Positions 1-7,559 of a DNA stretch of 13,201 nucleotides are shown piece by piece. Location: assembly GCF_006345805.1 (NCBI RefSeq), contig NW_021826187.1, forward strand, positions 1 through 13,201. Reading direction: 5' to 3'. Made by a program: the position numbers and the translations under genes. The notes beneath the pieces are model-generated. The model was not told where the DNA came from, did no database searches, and worked only from the letters and a program-made list of their open reading frames with translations. Every line of letters begins with the position of its first letter. Position 1 is the stretch's first letter. The DNA is from Octopus sinensis (lineage: Eukaryota).

Positions 1-162
1 CCTTTTCTTCTTCTCAGTCGCTCTAAACTGATTTATTCCACTTAACGAACTGTTTGTAATTAAATATTTCCTGTTATTGAAAAACCACTGTTCCTCCCCC
101 CCCCCCCCAGCCCCTGCCCCGGTCCTTTCCCTTTACTCCGATCAGATCCAGTCTCTCTTCAC

Positions 163-262
163 CTGAAACCAGTTTTCCATTTCAAATCCAATTCCATCAC
201 ATTTTGAACTCTTGTAAACCTCATGGTCACCAATGAAACATTGCTTTGTTGAATTAAGGAAA
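163..262 (-). CDS. Candidate internal exon of an unknown protein: (x)FLNSTKQCFIGDHEVYKSSKCDGIGFEMENWFQ
   Basis: Unique-looking sequence, open on the minus strand in a frame not shown in the ORF track. Acceptors CTACAG at 264/263 and an in-frame alternative at 270/269; donor CAG|GTGAAG at 162; in-frame TGA shortly after the donor. Peptide has ordinary complexity. No homolog recognised. Confidence 0.35.
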
Positions 263-263
263 C

Positions 264-270
264 TGTAGCT

Positions 271-327
<57 letters not shown>

Positions 328-600
328 ATGGTAGTAGTAGTAGTGGTAGTAGTAATAGTCGTGGCGGTGGTAGTGGTGGTTTTGGTGGTGATGGTGGTGG
401 TGGTGACGACAGTGATGCTGGTGGTAATGGTGGTGGTGTTGGTAGTGGTGGTGGTAGTGTTGGTGGTTTTGGTTGTGATGCAGGTGGTGACAGTGGTGAC
501 GACAACGGCGGCAGTGGTAATGGTAGTGGTGGTGGTAGCGGTGGTGGTAGTGGTGTTGGTGGTGGTGGTGGCGGTGGTGGTGGAGGGGGCAGTGGTGGTG
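264..600. repeat. (GTA)n grading into a cryptic (GGT/GTA/GAT)n trinucleotide array
   Basis: Pure GTA run ~270-327, then degenerate GTGGTG/GTAGTG units. Explains the poly-T, poly-V and poly-P/L ORFs in the track. Confidence 0.95.
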
Positions 601-654
601 CTTTTCATTATGTTAGTCTCTCGCAATAAATACAAAACTTCAATAAAATAGAGT

Positions 655-755
655 GATTGGTCAACTTCGTCAGGATTTGAACTCAGAATGCAAAGACAGA
701 CAAAATGCCACAAAGCATTTCATCCAACATGCTAACGATCCTGCCATCTTATCAC
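655..755 (-). mobile_element. SINE family B, tRNA-like head fragment
   Basis: Reverse complement TGGCAGGATCGTTAGCATG...TTCTGAGTTCAAATCCTGAC has A-box- and B-box-like motifs. The same segment recurs at 1240-1260, 5325-5340, 7285-7340 and 7570-7600. Confidence 0.75.
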
Positions 756-758
756 CTT

Positions 759-812
759 GATGATGATGATGATGATGAGATGATGATGATGATGATGATG
801 ATGATTGATGAT
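759..812. repeat. (GAT)n microsatellite
   Basis: Direct inspection. Confidence 0.95.
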
Positions 813-840
813 GTCAATAATCTTTTCTACACTAGGATCA

Positions 841-958
841 AGCCCTGAAATTTTGGGTGAGGGGACCAGTCGATTAGATTGACCCCAGTACGCAACTGGT
901 ACCTAATTTAACAACCCCAAAAGGGATGAAGGGCAAAGTCGACCTTGGTGGAATTTGG
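841..958 (-). mobile_element. SINE family B body (Deu/Nin-domain-like)
   Basis: Reverse complement CAAATTCCACCAAGGTCGACTTTGCCCTTCATCCCTTTTGGGGTTGTTAAATTAGGTACCAGTTGCGTACTGGGGTCAATCTAATCGACT has several homologs in the window. The CCTTCATCC...GGGGTCGATAAA..AGTACCAG core resembles the Deu/Nin SINE domain as I recall it (unverified). Confidence 0.75.
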
Positions 959-997
959 ATGATTTCAATCATGACAATGACAATGATGATGATGACA

Positions 998-1039
<42 letters not shown>

Positions 1040-1045
1040 GTGATG
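959..1045. repeat. (GAT/GAC)n microsatellite
   Basis: Direct inspection; source of the poly-Ile ORF 874-1080. Confidence 0.95.
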
Positions 1046-1072
1046 ACAATAAAAATAATAATAATATTTGTT

Positions 1073-1325
1073 TCTGGCATAGGGTCATGACCTAGAATTT
1101 TTAAGGAAAGGAGATTAGCTGATTAAAACCACTTCAGTTCCTGGCTGATACGTTATTGTATAGACACCCCTCACACACACACACACACACACACGCCTCC
1201 ACCCCCAGAAGGCTGAAAGGCAAAGCTGACCTCAGCAGGATTTGAACCCGGAATGAAAAGAACTGCAATTAATAATCACAAGACATTATGCCCCAAAGCT
1301 CTAAGAATTCTCCAATGCAGCCCCT
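1073..1325 (-). mobile_element. Degenerate SINE family B copy interrupted by (CA)n at ~1172-1194
   Basis: Reverse complement contains CCGGGTTCAAATCCTGCTGAGGTCAGCTTTGCCTTTCAGCCTT, homologous to other B copies. Confidence 0.65.
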
Positions 1326-1429
1326 CATAATGCCTTTGTAGAAGAGCCAAGGGCCAAACATTTAAATGGGAAGGTGTAGGGATGCTTGTTTTGGGGATGC
1401 AAAGCTAATTTCTCACGGGTTGAAACCCA

Positions 1430-1472
1430 GTTGCCCATGGAAACTATTAAGGGAAACCGTTCCATTGGCAAC
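1430..1472. promoter_or_regulatory. Pair of RFX X-box-like palindromes
   Basis: GTTGCCCATGGAAAC (1430-1444) and GTTCCATTGGCAAC (1459-1472), compared with the RFX consensus GTTGCCATGGCAAC, in apparently non-repetitive DNA. Confidence 0.3.
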
Positions 1473-1765
1473 ATAAGTAATGCGATTTAAAGGAGAAAAT
1501 TGTCAATTATCAATAATTTAGGTTTGTCATTAGGAGTGGCAGAAAGTGACATTTCAGACTCCTTGACAGAATTTTGGCGTTTTAAGTAATTTCGTCCAAG
1601 AATATTTCTGTGTGATTTGAAGCAACAAAATGGAGCGGTGGCATGGGGGAATGGGTGGGTGAGGGGTGGGGTGCACGATGGGAGTGTGGTGGTAGTTGGG
1701 CTTGAGTGTCTCCTCCATCCCTCTCACCATCACTCGGCTTTGAGGATAGTCACATTCATTCTTTC

Positions 1766-1915
1766 ATATGCGTATGTGTGTACACACATACACACACACA
1801 TATATATATATATATATATGCACACACATATACATGTATGTATATATCATAATATATATGTATATATGTGTGTATATATATATATATATCATTCATATAA
1901 ATATATATATATATA
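1766..1915. repeat. Compound (CA)n/(TA)n microsatellite
   Basis: Direct inspection. Confidence 0.95.
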
Positions 1916-1916
1916 T

Positions 1917-2193
1917 GGCTGTTGCTAGTCTCGCCTGGCCCCCGTGCCGGTGGCACGTAAAAAGCACCATCCATCCGTGGCCGTTTCCAGCTCCGTCTGG
2001 CACCTGTGCGGGTGGCACGTAAAAGCACCCACTACACTCACGGAGTGGTTGGCGTTAGGAAGGCATCAGCCATAGAAAAACATGCCAGATCAGACTGGGC
2101 CTGTGCAGCCTTCTGGCTTCACAGACCTCAGTTGAACCGTCCAACCCATGCTAGCATGGAAAGCGGACGCTAAACGATGATGATATGATATAT
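1917..2193 (+). mobile_element. Retroposon family C (two tandem GGTGGCACGTAAAA modules plus an RTE-like tail ending in (GAT)n)
   Basis: Shares CCCACTACACTC..GAGTGGTTGGCGTTAGGAAGGGCATC and CCAACCCATGCTAGCATGGAAAGCGGACGCTAAACGATGATGAT with copies at 4685, 4861, 7721 and 12669. The RTE affinity is recalled, not verified. Confidence 0.85.
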
Positions 2194-2262
2194 GATACAC
2201 TCACACATATGTATATATATATGCGTGTGTGTGTATGTGTGTGTATATATATATATATATAT

Positions 2263-2312
2263 ACTCTTTTACTTGCCTCAGTCATATGGCCATGGTCATG
2301 CTGGAGCACCAC
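2263..2312 (-). mobile_element. SINE family A, 3' tail fragment
   Basis: Reverse complement GGTGCTCCAGCATGACCATGG...TGACTGAGGCAAGTAAAAGAGTA matches the tail of the full copy at 9185-9244. Confidence 0.75.
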
Positions 2313-2371
2313 CATGGTCTTTCTGACTTCCTCTGTCTGGGTGCTTCACATCATCACTCCTATATGTGCCT

Positions 2372-2650
2372 TTATCCCAGCTGTTGGTACATTTGGTGTA
2401 TAAGGGAGTTTGATTCCGCTGCCCTCTTCTGCACCTCATGTTGGGCTGTTGGTTCCTCCTGTATTATGGAGAGGAGGATACCAAGTTCCTTTTTGGAGAC
2501 ATCTACTTCCATCTTATGCAAATTTCTTAATTTTTGTGGCAGGGCATTGAGGAGCTGTGGGCCTTTGAACCCTAGACTATTGCAGTACCTGGTCCTGAAT
2601 TTAGATGGAGTGGATCGTACCTTTGGTACAATATAATAGCGGCCAGGTTT
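2372..2650 (-). mobile_element. 5'-truncated LINE, ORF2 C-terminus (CR1/L2/jockey-group-like)
   Basis: Hand translation gives 92 aa plus TAA: KPGRYYIVPKVRSTPSKFRTRYCNSLGFKGPQLLNALPQKLRNLHKMEVDVSKKELGILLSIIQEEPTAQHEVQKRAAESNSLIHQMYQQLG*. It fits the GPxLFNxLPxxLRN...FKxxLDxxL...DEP...RAAxSNSL pattern of invertebrate LINE ORF2 ends. Clade assignment is approximate. Confidence 0.8.
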
Positions 2651-3198
2651 TTTATATATAAAGAACTATCTCTGCTTGCATGTGTCAGATAAATTTGTCA
2701 GGTAAATTTAGGTGGTATCAAAAAGTTCCCAGACTAGTTCTGTAGCATGCCAACAGATGGCAGCACATGGTTGCGTGCACAGTGAGAGCTAGCAGTGACC
2801 CTTGTGAGACAGTGTGCTGAGTGACATTGCTGTGTTTACTTCACAAGTGTGAATTTGTGCTTTGTGATCATGTGCGTATGCTGTAGTCTGTGATTTTTGG
2901 CATGGACAGGAACAAAGAGCCATTGAGGAATTTTGAGTTAAACTTGGGAAGTCTGCTGCTACAGAGACATCGAACATGCTTCAGCAAAGCTCACGGTGAT
3001 GAGGCAATGCACAGTGCACAAGGTTTTGAGTGGCATGGGTGCTTCAAAAGTTGAAAGATGATGAGTAATCCAGAAGACCTGCTATGAGTTGCACCTCCGG
3101 AAATGTGGTATTGTGCATTGAAAATTTGTCCCCTAGGGGCCACACTGTCAATCGAGAGTCCTGCTGTGACATTTTAAAGTGTTTGAGGGAGGACATTC

Positions 3199-3318
3199 TG
3201 TTGTGTTGACGCCCCCCCCCCCAGACGATGAAGTAGACTAGCCCAATACGTAGATATAGAGGGAGAAGTCTAGTCGTCGAGGAGTTGAGTAGAGGTCATC
3301 CGAACATGCGATATTACA
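3199..3318. mobile_element. 120-bp solo-LTR-like insertion (TG...CA) with 5-bp TSD CATTC
   Basis: CATTC at 3194-3198 and 3319-3323; insert starts TGTTG and ends TTACA. Removing it restores the mariner frame ...EDI-R*K*PNLW (IRRKRPNLW before CpG decay). Confidence 0.65.
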
Positions 3319-3745
3319 CATTCGCTGAAAGTGACCAAATCTGTGGAGCACAAAGAATCAGATTCCTCACAGCAACAATACACCCTGTCACCACTGAGCT
3401 CTGCTCACTCGTGAATTCCTCACCAAAAGCAGCATGGCATCACTTCCACACCCACTCTATTCATCAGATTTAGTCCCTGCAGACTTCCATCTCTTCGCCA
3501 GGATGAAAACACAACTTAAAGGTCACTTTATTTACATTATTTACATTTTTCGAACCTGGGTTCATCATGCTTAAGGTATTTTGATGGTATATTATCATCA
3601 AATCATACATATCAATCATCATTATCACTCAACAATTCGCTCCATCATTATTATGATTCAGATTCACTGCCTGGAATGAACTTGGAATCTGGGCTGGTAG
3701 CCATGCTCTTAACCACTATGCATGCCGAGGGAGAGGTAAAAAAAA

Positions 3746-4025
3746 AGTGGTTAAGAGTGTGGTACTAACCCAGATTCCAAGTTCAATTCCAGGCAGTGAT
3801 CTGAATAATAATAATAATAATATATAATAAATAATAATGATAATAATAACATTGAAAAATACCTTAGGAATGAGAACCCAGGTTTGAAATTTCCCTAAGA
3901 CACCTGATGAAGGCTGGAGGATATATCAGCCGAAATGTTGTGTTCACAACAAACAAGATGACGGCAAATATCCATCAAATGTAAATAATGTACATAATTC
4001 CTCATCTCTTAAATATAGAACTATA
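3746..4025 (+). mobile_element. SINE family G: tRNA-like head, (AAT)n linker, Penelope-like 3' part containing a hammerhead
   Basis: AGTGGTTAAGAG (A-box/D-loop-like; the left copy reads GCATAGTGGTT) and AAGTTCAATTCC (B-box-like), then (AAT)n, then the hammerhead at 3899-3944 and an AAATGTAAATAATGT tail. Confidence 0.65.
3899..3944 (+). ncRNA. Minimal type I hammerhead ribozyme motif (PLE-type)
   Basis: Stem I GACAC/GTGTT; core CTGATGA (3904-3910) plus an extra A; stem II GGCTG/CAGCC; GAA-A; short stem III ATGT (ACGT palindrome if CpG-decayed); predicted cleavage triplet GUU ending at 3939. Confidence 0.75.
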
Positions 4026-4444
4026 TTAAAGGTCGCTGTTTTAAACACCGTTGTCGAGATCAAGAGTGAATCATCGAAGGTTCTTGACTCACTAACAGAA
4101 AACAACTTCCAGGCTGGATTCCAAACATGGCAGGAATGCTGAGACCAGTATATTGCTGTGCAAGGTGTCTATTTCAAAGAAGATGATATTAACACTTAGA
4201 TAAATAAGTTATTTTTTATAAAACATGATTAATCTGGGAACCTTTTGACACCAACTCATATTCATATTCATATTTTGAGACCATACCTATATATATATAT
4301 ATATATATATTATAATATACATAAAGTATTGCGAAAAATACATTATGGAGGATATATTATAAACAATTGATTATTTATAATTGTGAGTTGTTCATAATTA
4401 TATTAATTCTTCGTATATATTTATATATATGTTTTATTCTTATA

Positions 4445-4670
4445 TTCTTTTACTTGTTTCAGTCATTTGACTGCGGCCATGCTGGAGCACTGCCTTTAGT
4501 CAAACAAATCAACCCCAGGACTTATTCTTTGTAAGCCTCGTACTTATTCTATTGGTCTCTTTTGCCAAACTGCTAAGTTACGGGGACGTAAAGACACCAA
4601 CATCGGTTGTCAAGTAATTGTGAGGGGACAAACACAGACACACAAAAACAAACACATACACACACACACA
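4445..4670 (-). mobile_element. SINE family A, 3' half (head absent)
   Basis: Reverse complement aligns to 9040-9244 (GTCCCC...TTTACGTCCCCGTAACTTAG...GCTCCAGCATGGCCGCAGTCAAATGACTGAAACAAGTAAAAGA). Confidence 0.9.
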
Positions 4671-4684
4671 TATATATATCCATA

Positions 4685-4813
4685 CATCATCGTTTAGCGT
4701 CCGCTTTCCATGCTAGCATGGGTTGGACGGTTCAACTGGGGTCTGGGAAGCCAGAAGGCTGCGCCAGGCCCAGTCTGATCTGGCAATGTTCTACGGCTGG
4801 ATGCCCTTCCTAA
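4685..4813 (-). mobile_element. Retroposon family C, 3' part
   Basis: Reverse complement TTAGGAAGGGCATCCAGCCGTAGAAC...CCAACCCATGCTAGCATGGAAAGCGGACGCTAAACGATGATG. Confidence 0.9.
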
Positions 4814-4860
4814 AGCAATATATAGTATATATTATATATATCTATATATATATATATATA

Positions 4861-5031
4861 CCCACTACACTCAGGAGTGGTTGGCGTTAGGAAGGGCACA
4901 GCCGTAGAAACACTGCCAGATTTGACTGGGCCTGATGAAGCTTCTGGCTTCACAGACCCCAGTAGAAACATCCAACCCATGCTAGCATGGAAAGAGGACG
5001 CTAAACGATGATGAGATGATGATGATGATGA
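4861..5031 (+). mobile_element. Retroposon family C, 3' part with (GAT)n tail
   Basis: CCCACTACACTCAGGAGTGGTTGGCGTTAGGAAGGG...GCTAGCATGGAAAGAGGACGCTAAACGATGATG. Confidence 0.9.
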
Positions 5032-5037
5032 TATATA

Positions 5038-5224
5038 GTGAGAATTTACAAAAAAACAAAAGACGAAGACGGGTGTGTAATCAACAAACTGTTGTATTAG
5101 TTTAACGCTCAGGAAGTGAGAAAAGTCTTTTACGTTTTGAGCCTATGCTCTTCTACAGAAAGGAACACAGAAATAAACAGGGAGAGAAAATAGAAAAAAG
5201 GTATAGTGGCTAGTGATCTATCAT
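5038..5224 (-). mobile_element. Repeat family D (~190 bp, putative PLE-derived, hammerhead-like core)
   Basis: Inverted homolog of 8115-8318. Both start ATGATAGATC and end near TT(T/C)GTAAA(T/C)T. Confidence 0.75.
5126..5163 (-). ncRNA. Degenerate minimal hammerhead-like motif (non-canonical core)
   Basis: Reverse complement CTTT CTGTAGAA GAGC-ATAG-GCTC AAAA CGT A AAAG: stem I CTTT/AAAG, stem II GAGC/GCTC, ACGT palindrome. Core has A6>U and G12>A. Confidence 0.45.
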
Positions 5225-5249
5225 ATATATATATATATATATATGATGA

Positions 5250-5340
5250 CCCCCCTCATCCCCAGTGCTTGTTTGGTGCCCTATTTTATTGATCTCATAG
5301 GGATGATAAAGTTGATCTTGGTAACATTTGAACTCAGAAC
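5250..5340 (-). mobile_element. Degenerate SINE family B fragment
   Basis: ATTTTATTGATCTCATAGGGATGATAAAGTTGATCTTGGTAACATTTGAACTCAGAAC matches other B copies. Confidence 0.6.
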
Positions 5341-5384
5341 TTTTTCTGACACTGTACCATTCCTGCCATTCCACCACTCTTACA

Positions 5385-5414
5385 AATGCACACACTCACA
5401 CATGCATAGACATG

Positions 5415-5445
<31 letters not shown>

Positions 5446-5890
5446 ATGCATAGACATGCATGCACACACACACACACCACACATACATCCATTCACTCAC
5501 TCACACACACTCATATCTACACACATGCACGCATACACACACTCACTCACACACACACACACATACTCACTCACACACATACACACCACTCACACACACT
5601 CACACACACACACATATACACCCATTCACTCACACACACACACACACACACACATACATCCATTCACTCACTCACACACACTCATATCTACACACATGCA
5701 CGCATACACACACACACTCACTCACACACACACACACATACTCACTCACACACATACACACACACACACACACTCACACACACTCACACACACACACATA
5801 TACACCCATTCACTCACACACACACACACTCACTCACACCCATTCACTCACACACACACTCACTCACACACACACACACACACACACATG
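5385..5890. repeat. Compound (CA)n/(CACT)n array with a ~171-184-bp higher-order duplication
   Basis: Landmarks CATACATCCATTC (5482, 5653), TCATATCTAC (5511, 5682) and CCCATTC (5621, 5805) recur. Confidence 0.9.
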
Positions 5891-6059
5891 TAACTGGCAT
5901 TGCTATCCCCCCCCACCACCACCACATCACACGCCCCAGTCTGCCAAAGATAGATAAAGTCGTTATTGATCTAAAATTCATCTGATAATGAAAATATTTA
6001 CCATTCTATAAGAAAATACTCCATGGACTGATAAATACCACAATAATTCCACTGTTATT

Positions 6060-6985
6060 CTTGCTGGTGGGATGGTGGGATGGTGGGAAGAGAGTGGTGG
6101 TGGTGGAGAGTATGATCTTTGTTATGCTAGTGGTGGTGGTGGTGGTGGTGGTATTGGAAAGAGTGTGGTGACTATGATGGTGGTTGTGGTAGTGGTAGTG
6201 GTGATGATGGCGGTGGCGGTGGTGGTGTTTGTGGTGGCAGTAGTGGTGGTGATGGTAGCATGGTAGTGTTTGTAGTGGTGGTGATGGTGGTGTTTGCAGT
6301 GGTGGTGTTTGTGGTAGTGATGGTGATGGTGGTGTTTGTGGTAGTGGTGGTGATGGTGGTGTTTGTGGTGGTGGTGGTGGTGGTGATGGTAGCATGGTAG
6401 TGTTTGTGGTGGTGGTGGTGGTGGTGGTTGTGGTGGTAATGGTGGTGTTTGTGGTGGTAATGGTGGCAGTGGTAGTGTTTGTTGTGGTGGCAGTGGTGGT
6501 GTTTGTGGTGGTAGTTGTAGTGGTGGTGGTTGTGGTGATGATGATGTTGTCAAGGACAGCCATGTCATGGTGGTGCAGAGGTGATGTCATTGCTGATGAC
6601 AGCTGAGATGATCCAGGCTAGGATGTTGGTGGTGGCAGAGAGAGAGAGAGGGGGGAGGTATGGTCATAGTAGTGGTAGCAGTGGTGAGTGGTAATGATGA
6701 TGATGATGATGGTGGTGCTGGTGATAGTAAAGACAGTGATGATAAAGATGGTGGTGGTAGTGATAGTGGCGATGATGACAAGAATGATGATGATGATGAC
6801 AAGAATGATGATGATGGGGGGGGCAGATAACGAGGACAATGATGGTGGTGGTGGTGGTGATGGCAGAGATGATGACAAACATGATGATGATGTTGGCATT
6901 GGGAGGATGAAATAACGATGACAATGCTAGTGGTGGTGATGACGGTAAAGATGGTGATGATAATGTTGATGATGATGGTGATGAT
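6060..6985. repeat. Cryptic (GGT/GAT/GTA)n trinucleotide array with a short (GA)n
   Basis: Direct inspection; explains the poly-T/H/P/V/M ORFs between 6006 and 6924. Confidence 0.95.
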
Positions 6986-7175
6986 GAAAATTTACCCCAA
7001 ACTAGAAAACAGGCTGGACTGAGCCCCCCCCCCTCCCGATTCCAAATACGAAGAATAAGGCTCTTAGGATTGTGAAAGAGGGAAAGAATTGGTGAGAAGA
7101 CAAAGAACTGTGGGAAGGGTCCAATAAAGATGGAGAATATATTTGTGGGGTTGGACCCTGGAATAGATGTTGGTT

Positions 7176-7340
7176 TCAGATTTCTGGTACAAGGTCAGTA
7201 AGTTTGGGAGAAGGGGTAAGACAGTGCATAACTGGTACCTATGTTATCCACCCTGAAAAGATGAAAAGCAAAGGTGACCTCAGTGGAGTTTGAACTCAGA
7301 ATACAAAGATGGACAAAATGCCGCTAAGCCTTTTGCTTAG
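7176..7340 (-). mobile_element. SINE family B copy
   Basis: ACTGGTACC...CCCTGAAAAGATGAAAAGCAAAGGTGACCTCAGTGGAGTTTGAACTCAGAATACAAAGATGGACAAAATGCCGCTAAGC is homologous to 655-755 and 841-958. Confidence 0.75.
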
Positions 7341-7344
7341 TTTC

Positions 7345-7500
7345 AATAAAATTTTGAAATTAATGAAGAATTCAATAAAACAACTTTGTTATTATTAAGC
7401 TGGTGTTTTGGAACATAAGTTAACATTGAATTTTGATGGAAGGTTTTGATTTAAATCACTTCAGATAGGAAATTTGTCTCTAGAACTAAGGGTTCTCTTA
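7345..7500. mobile_element. Possible fragment of an AT-rich interspersed repeat (DNA-transposon-like)
   Basis: AACTTTGTTATTATTAAGCTGGTGTTTTGGAACATAA...TTTTGATGGAAGGTTTT resembles a repeat I recall from octopus sequence. There is no second copy in the window, so support is weak. Confidence 0.3.
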
Positions 7501-7559
7501 TGTGGCTTGGTACCAAAGGGGTAAAAGAACTGAGTGTACAATAGACAGAATTGTCAGTC

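Larger units (their letters stand above)
3525..4025. mobile_element. 501-bp composite insertion (head-to-head pair of SINE family G) with 9-bp TSD TTAAAGGTC
   Basis: TTAAAGGTC at 3516-3524 and 4026-4034; removal rejoins the mariner LKG-RCF motif. The left half (3528-3726, minus) and right half (3746-4025, plus) align as inverted copies. Confidence 0.8.
2708..4258 (+). mobile_element. Decayed, internally deleted mariner (Tc1/mariner) DNA transposon with two nested insertions
   Basis: TIRs GGTGGTATCAAAAAGTTCCCAGACT (2711-2735) and, on the reverse strand, GTTGGTGTCAAAAGGTTCCCAGATT, with TA at 4259-4260. Transposase remnants: EQRAI..F*VKLGKSA.TET..MLQQ/AHGDEAM..AQGFEWH..FK..DDE*SRRP (from 2910), GIVH*KFVP, TVNRE..CDILKCLREDI, PNLW, LTREFLTK...LPHPLYSSDLVPADFHLFARMKTQLKG, and EIKSES.KVLDSLTENNFQAGFQTWQEC*DQYIAVQGVYF. 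Confidence 0.92.

Noticed and set aside
159-713. 184-aa Thr-rich ORF resembling a mucin, plus overlapping poly-Pro/Leu and poly-Val ORFs
   Set aside because: Produced by a (GTA/GGT)n array open in several frames. The N-terminus runs through a SINE head, and there is no signal peptide or domain.
1917-2030. Repeat-spacer pattern (GGTGGCACGTAAAA..GCACC) as a CRISPR-like array
   Set aside because: Only two units per locus, the intervening sequences are homologous to each other, and the context is a eukaryotic retroposon.
2229-2636. 135-aa plus-strand ORF
   Set aside because: Antisense shadow of the LINE ORF2 remnant, joined to a microsatellite and a SINE tail.
4935-4960. CTGATGA at ~4934-4940 as a further hammerhead core
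   Set aside because: It is a point variant of the family C sequence (other copies read CTGGCGCA or CTGTGCA), with no stem II followed by GAAA.
5213-5985. His/Thr-rich ORFs of 165-226 aa
   Set aside because: Translation of (CA)n in all three plus frames; no stop codons are possible in this repeat.
6006-6924. Cluster of poly-His/Thr/Pro/Val/Met ORFs
   Set aside because: Cryptic trinucleotide repeat open on both strands, with no frame preference.
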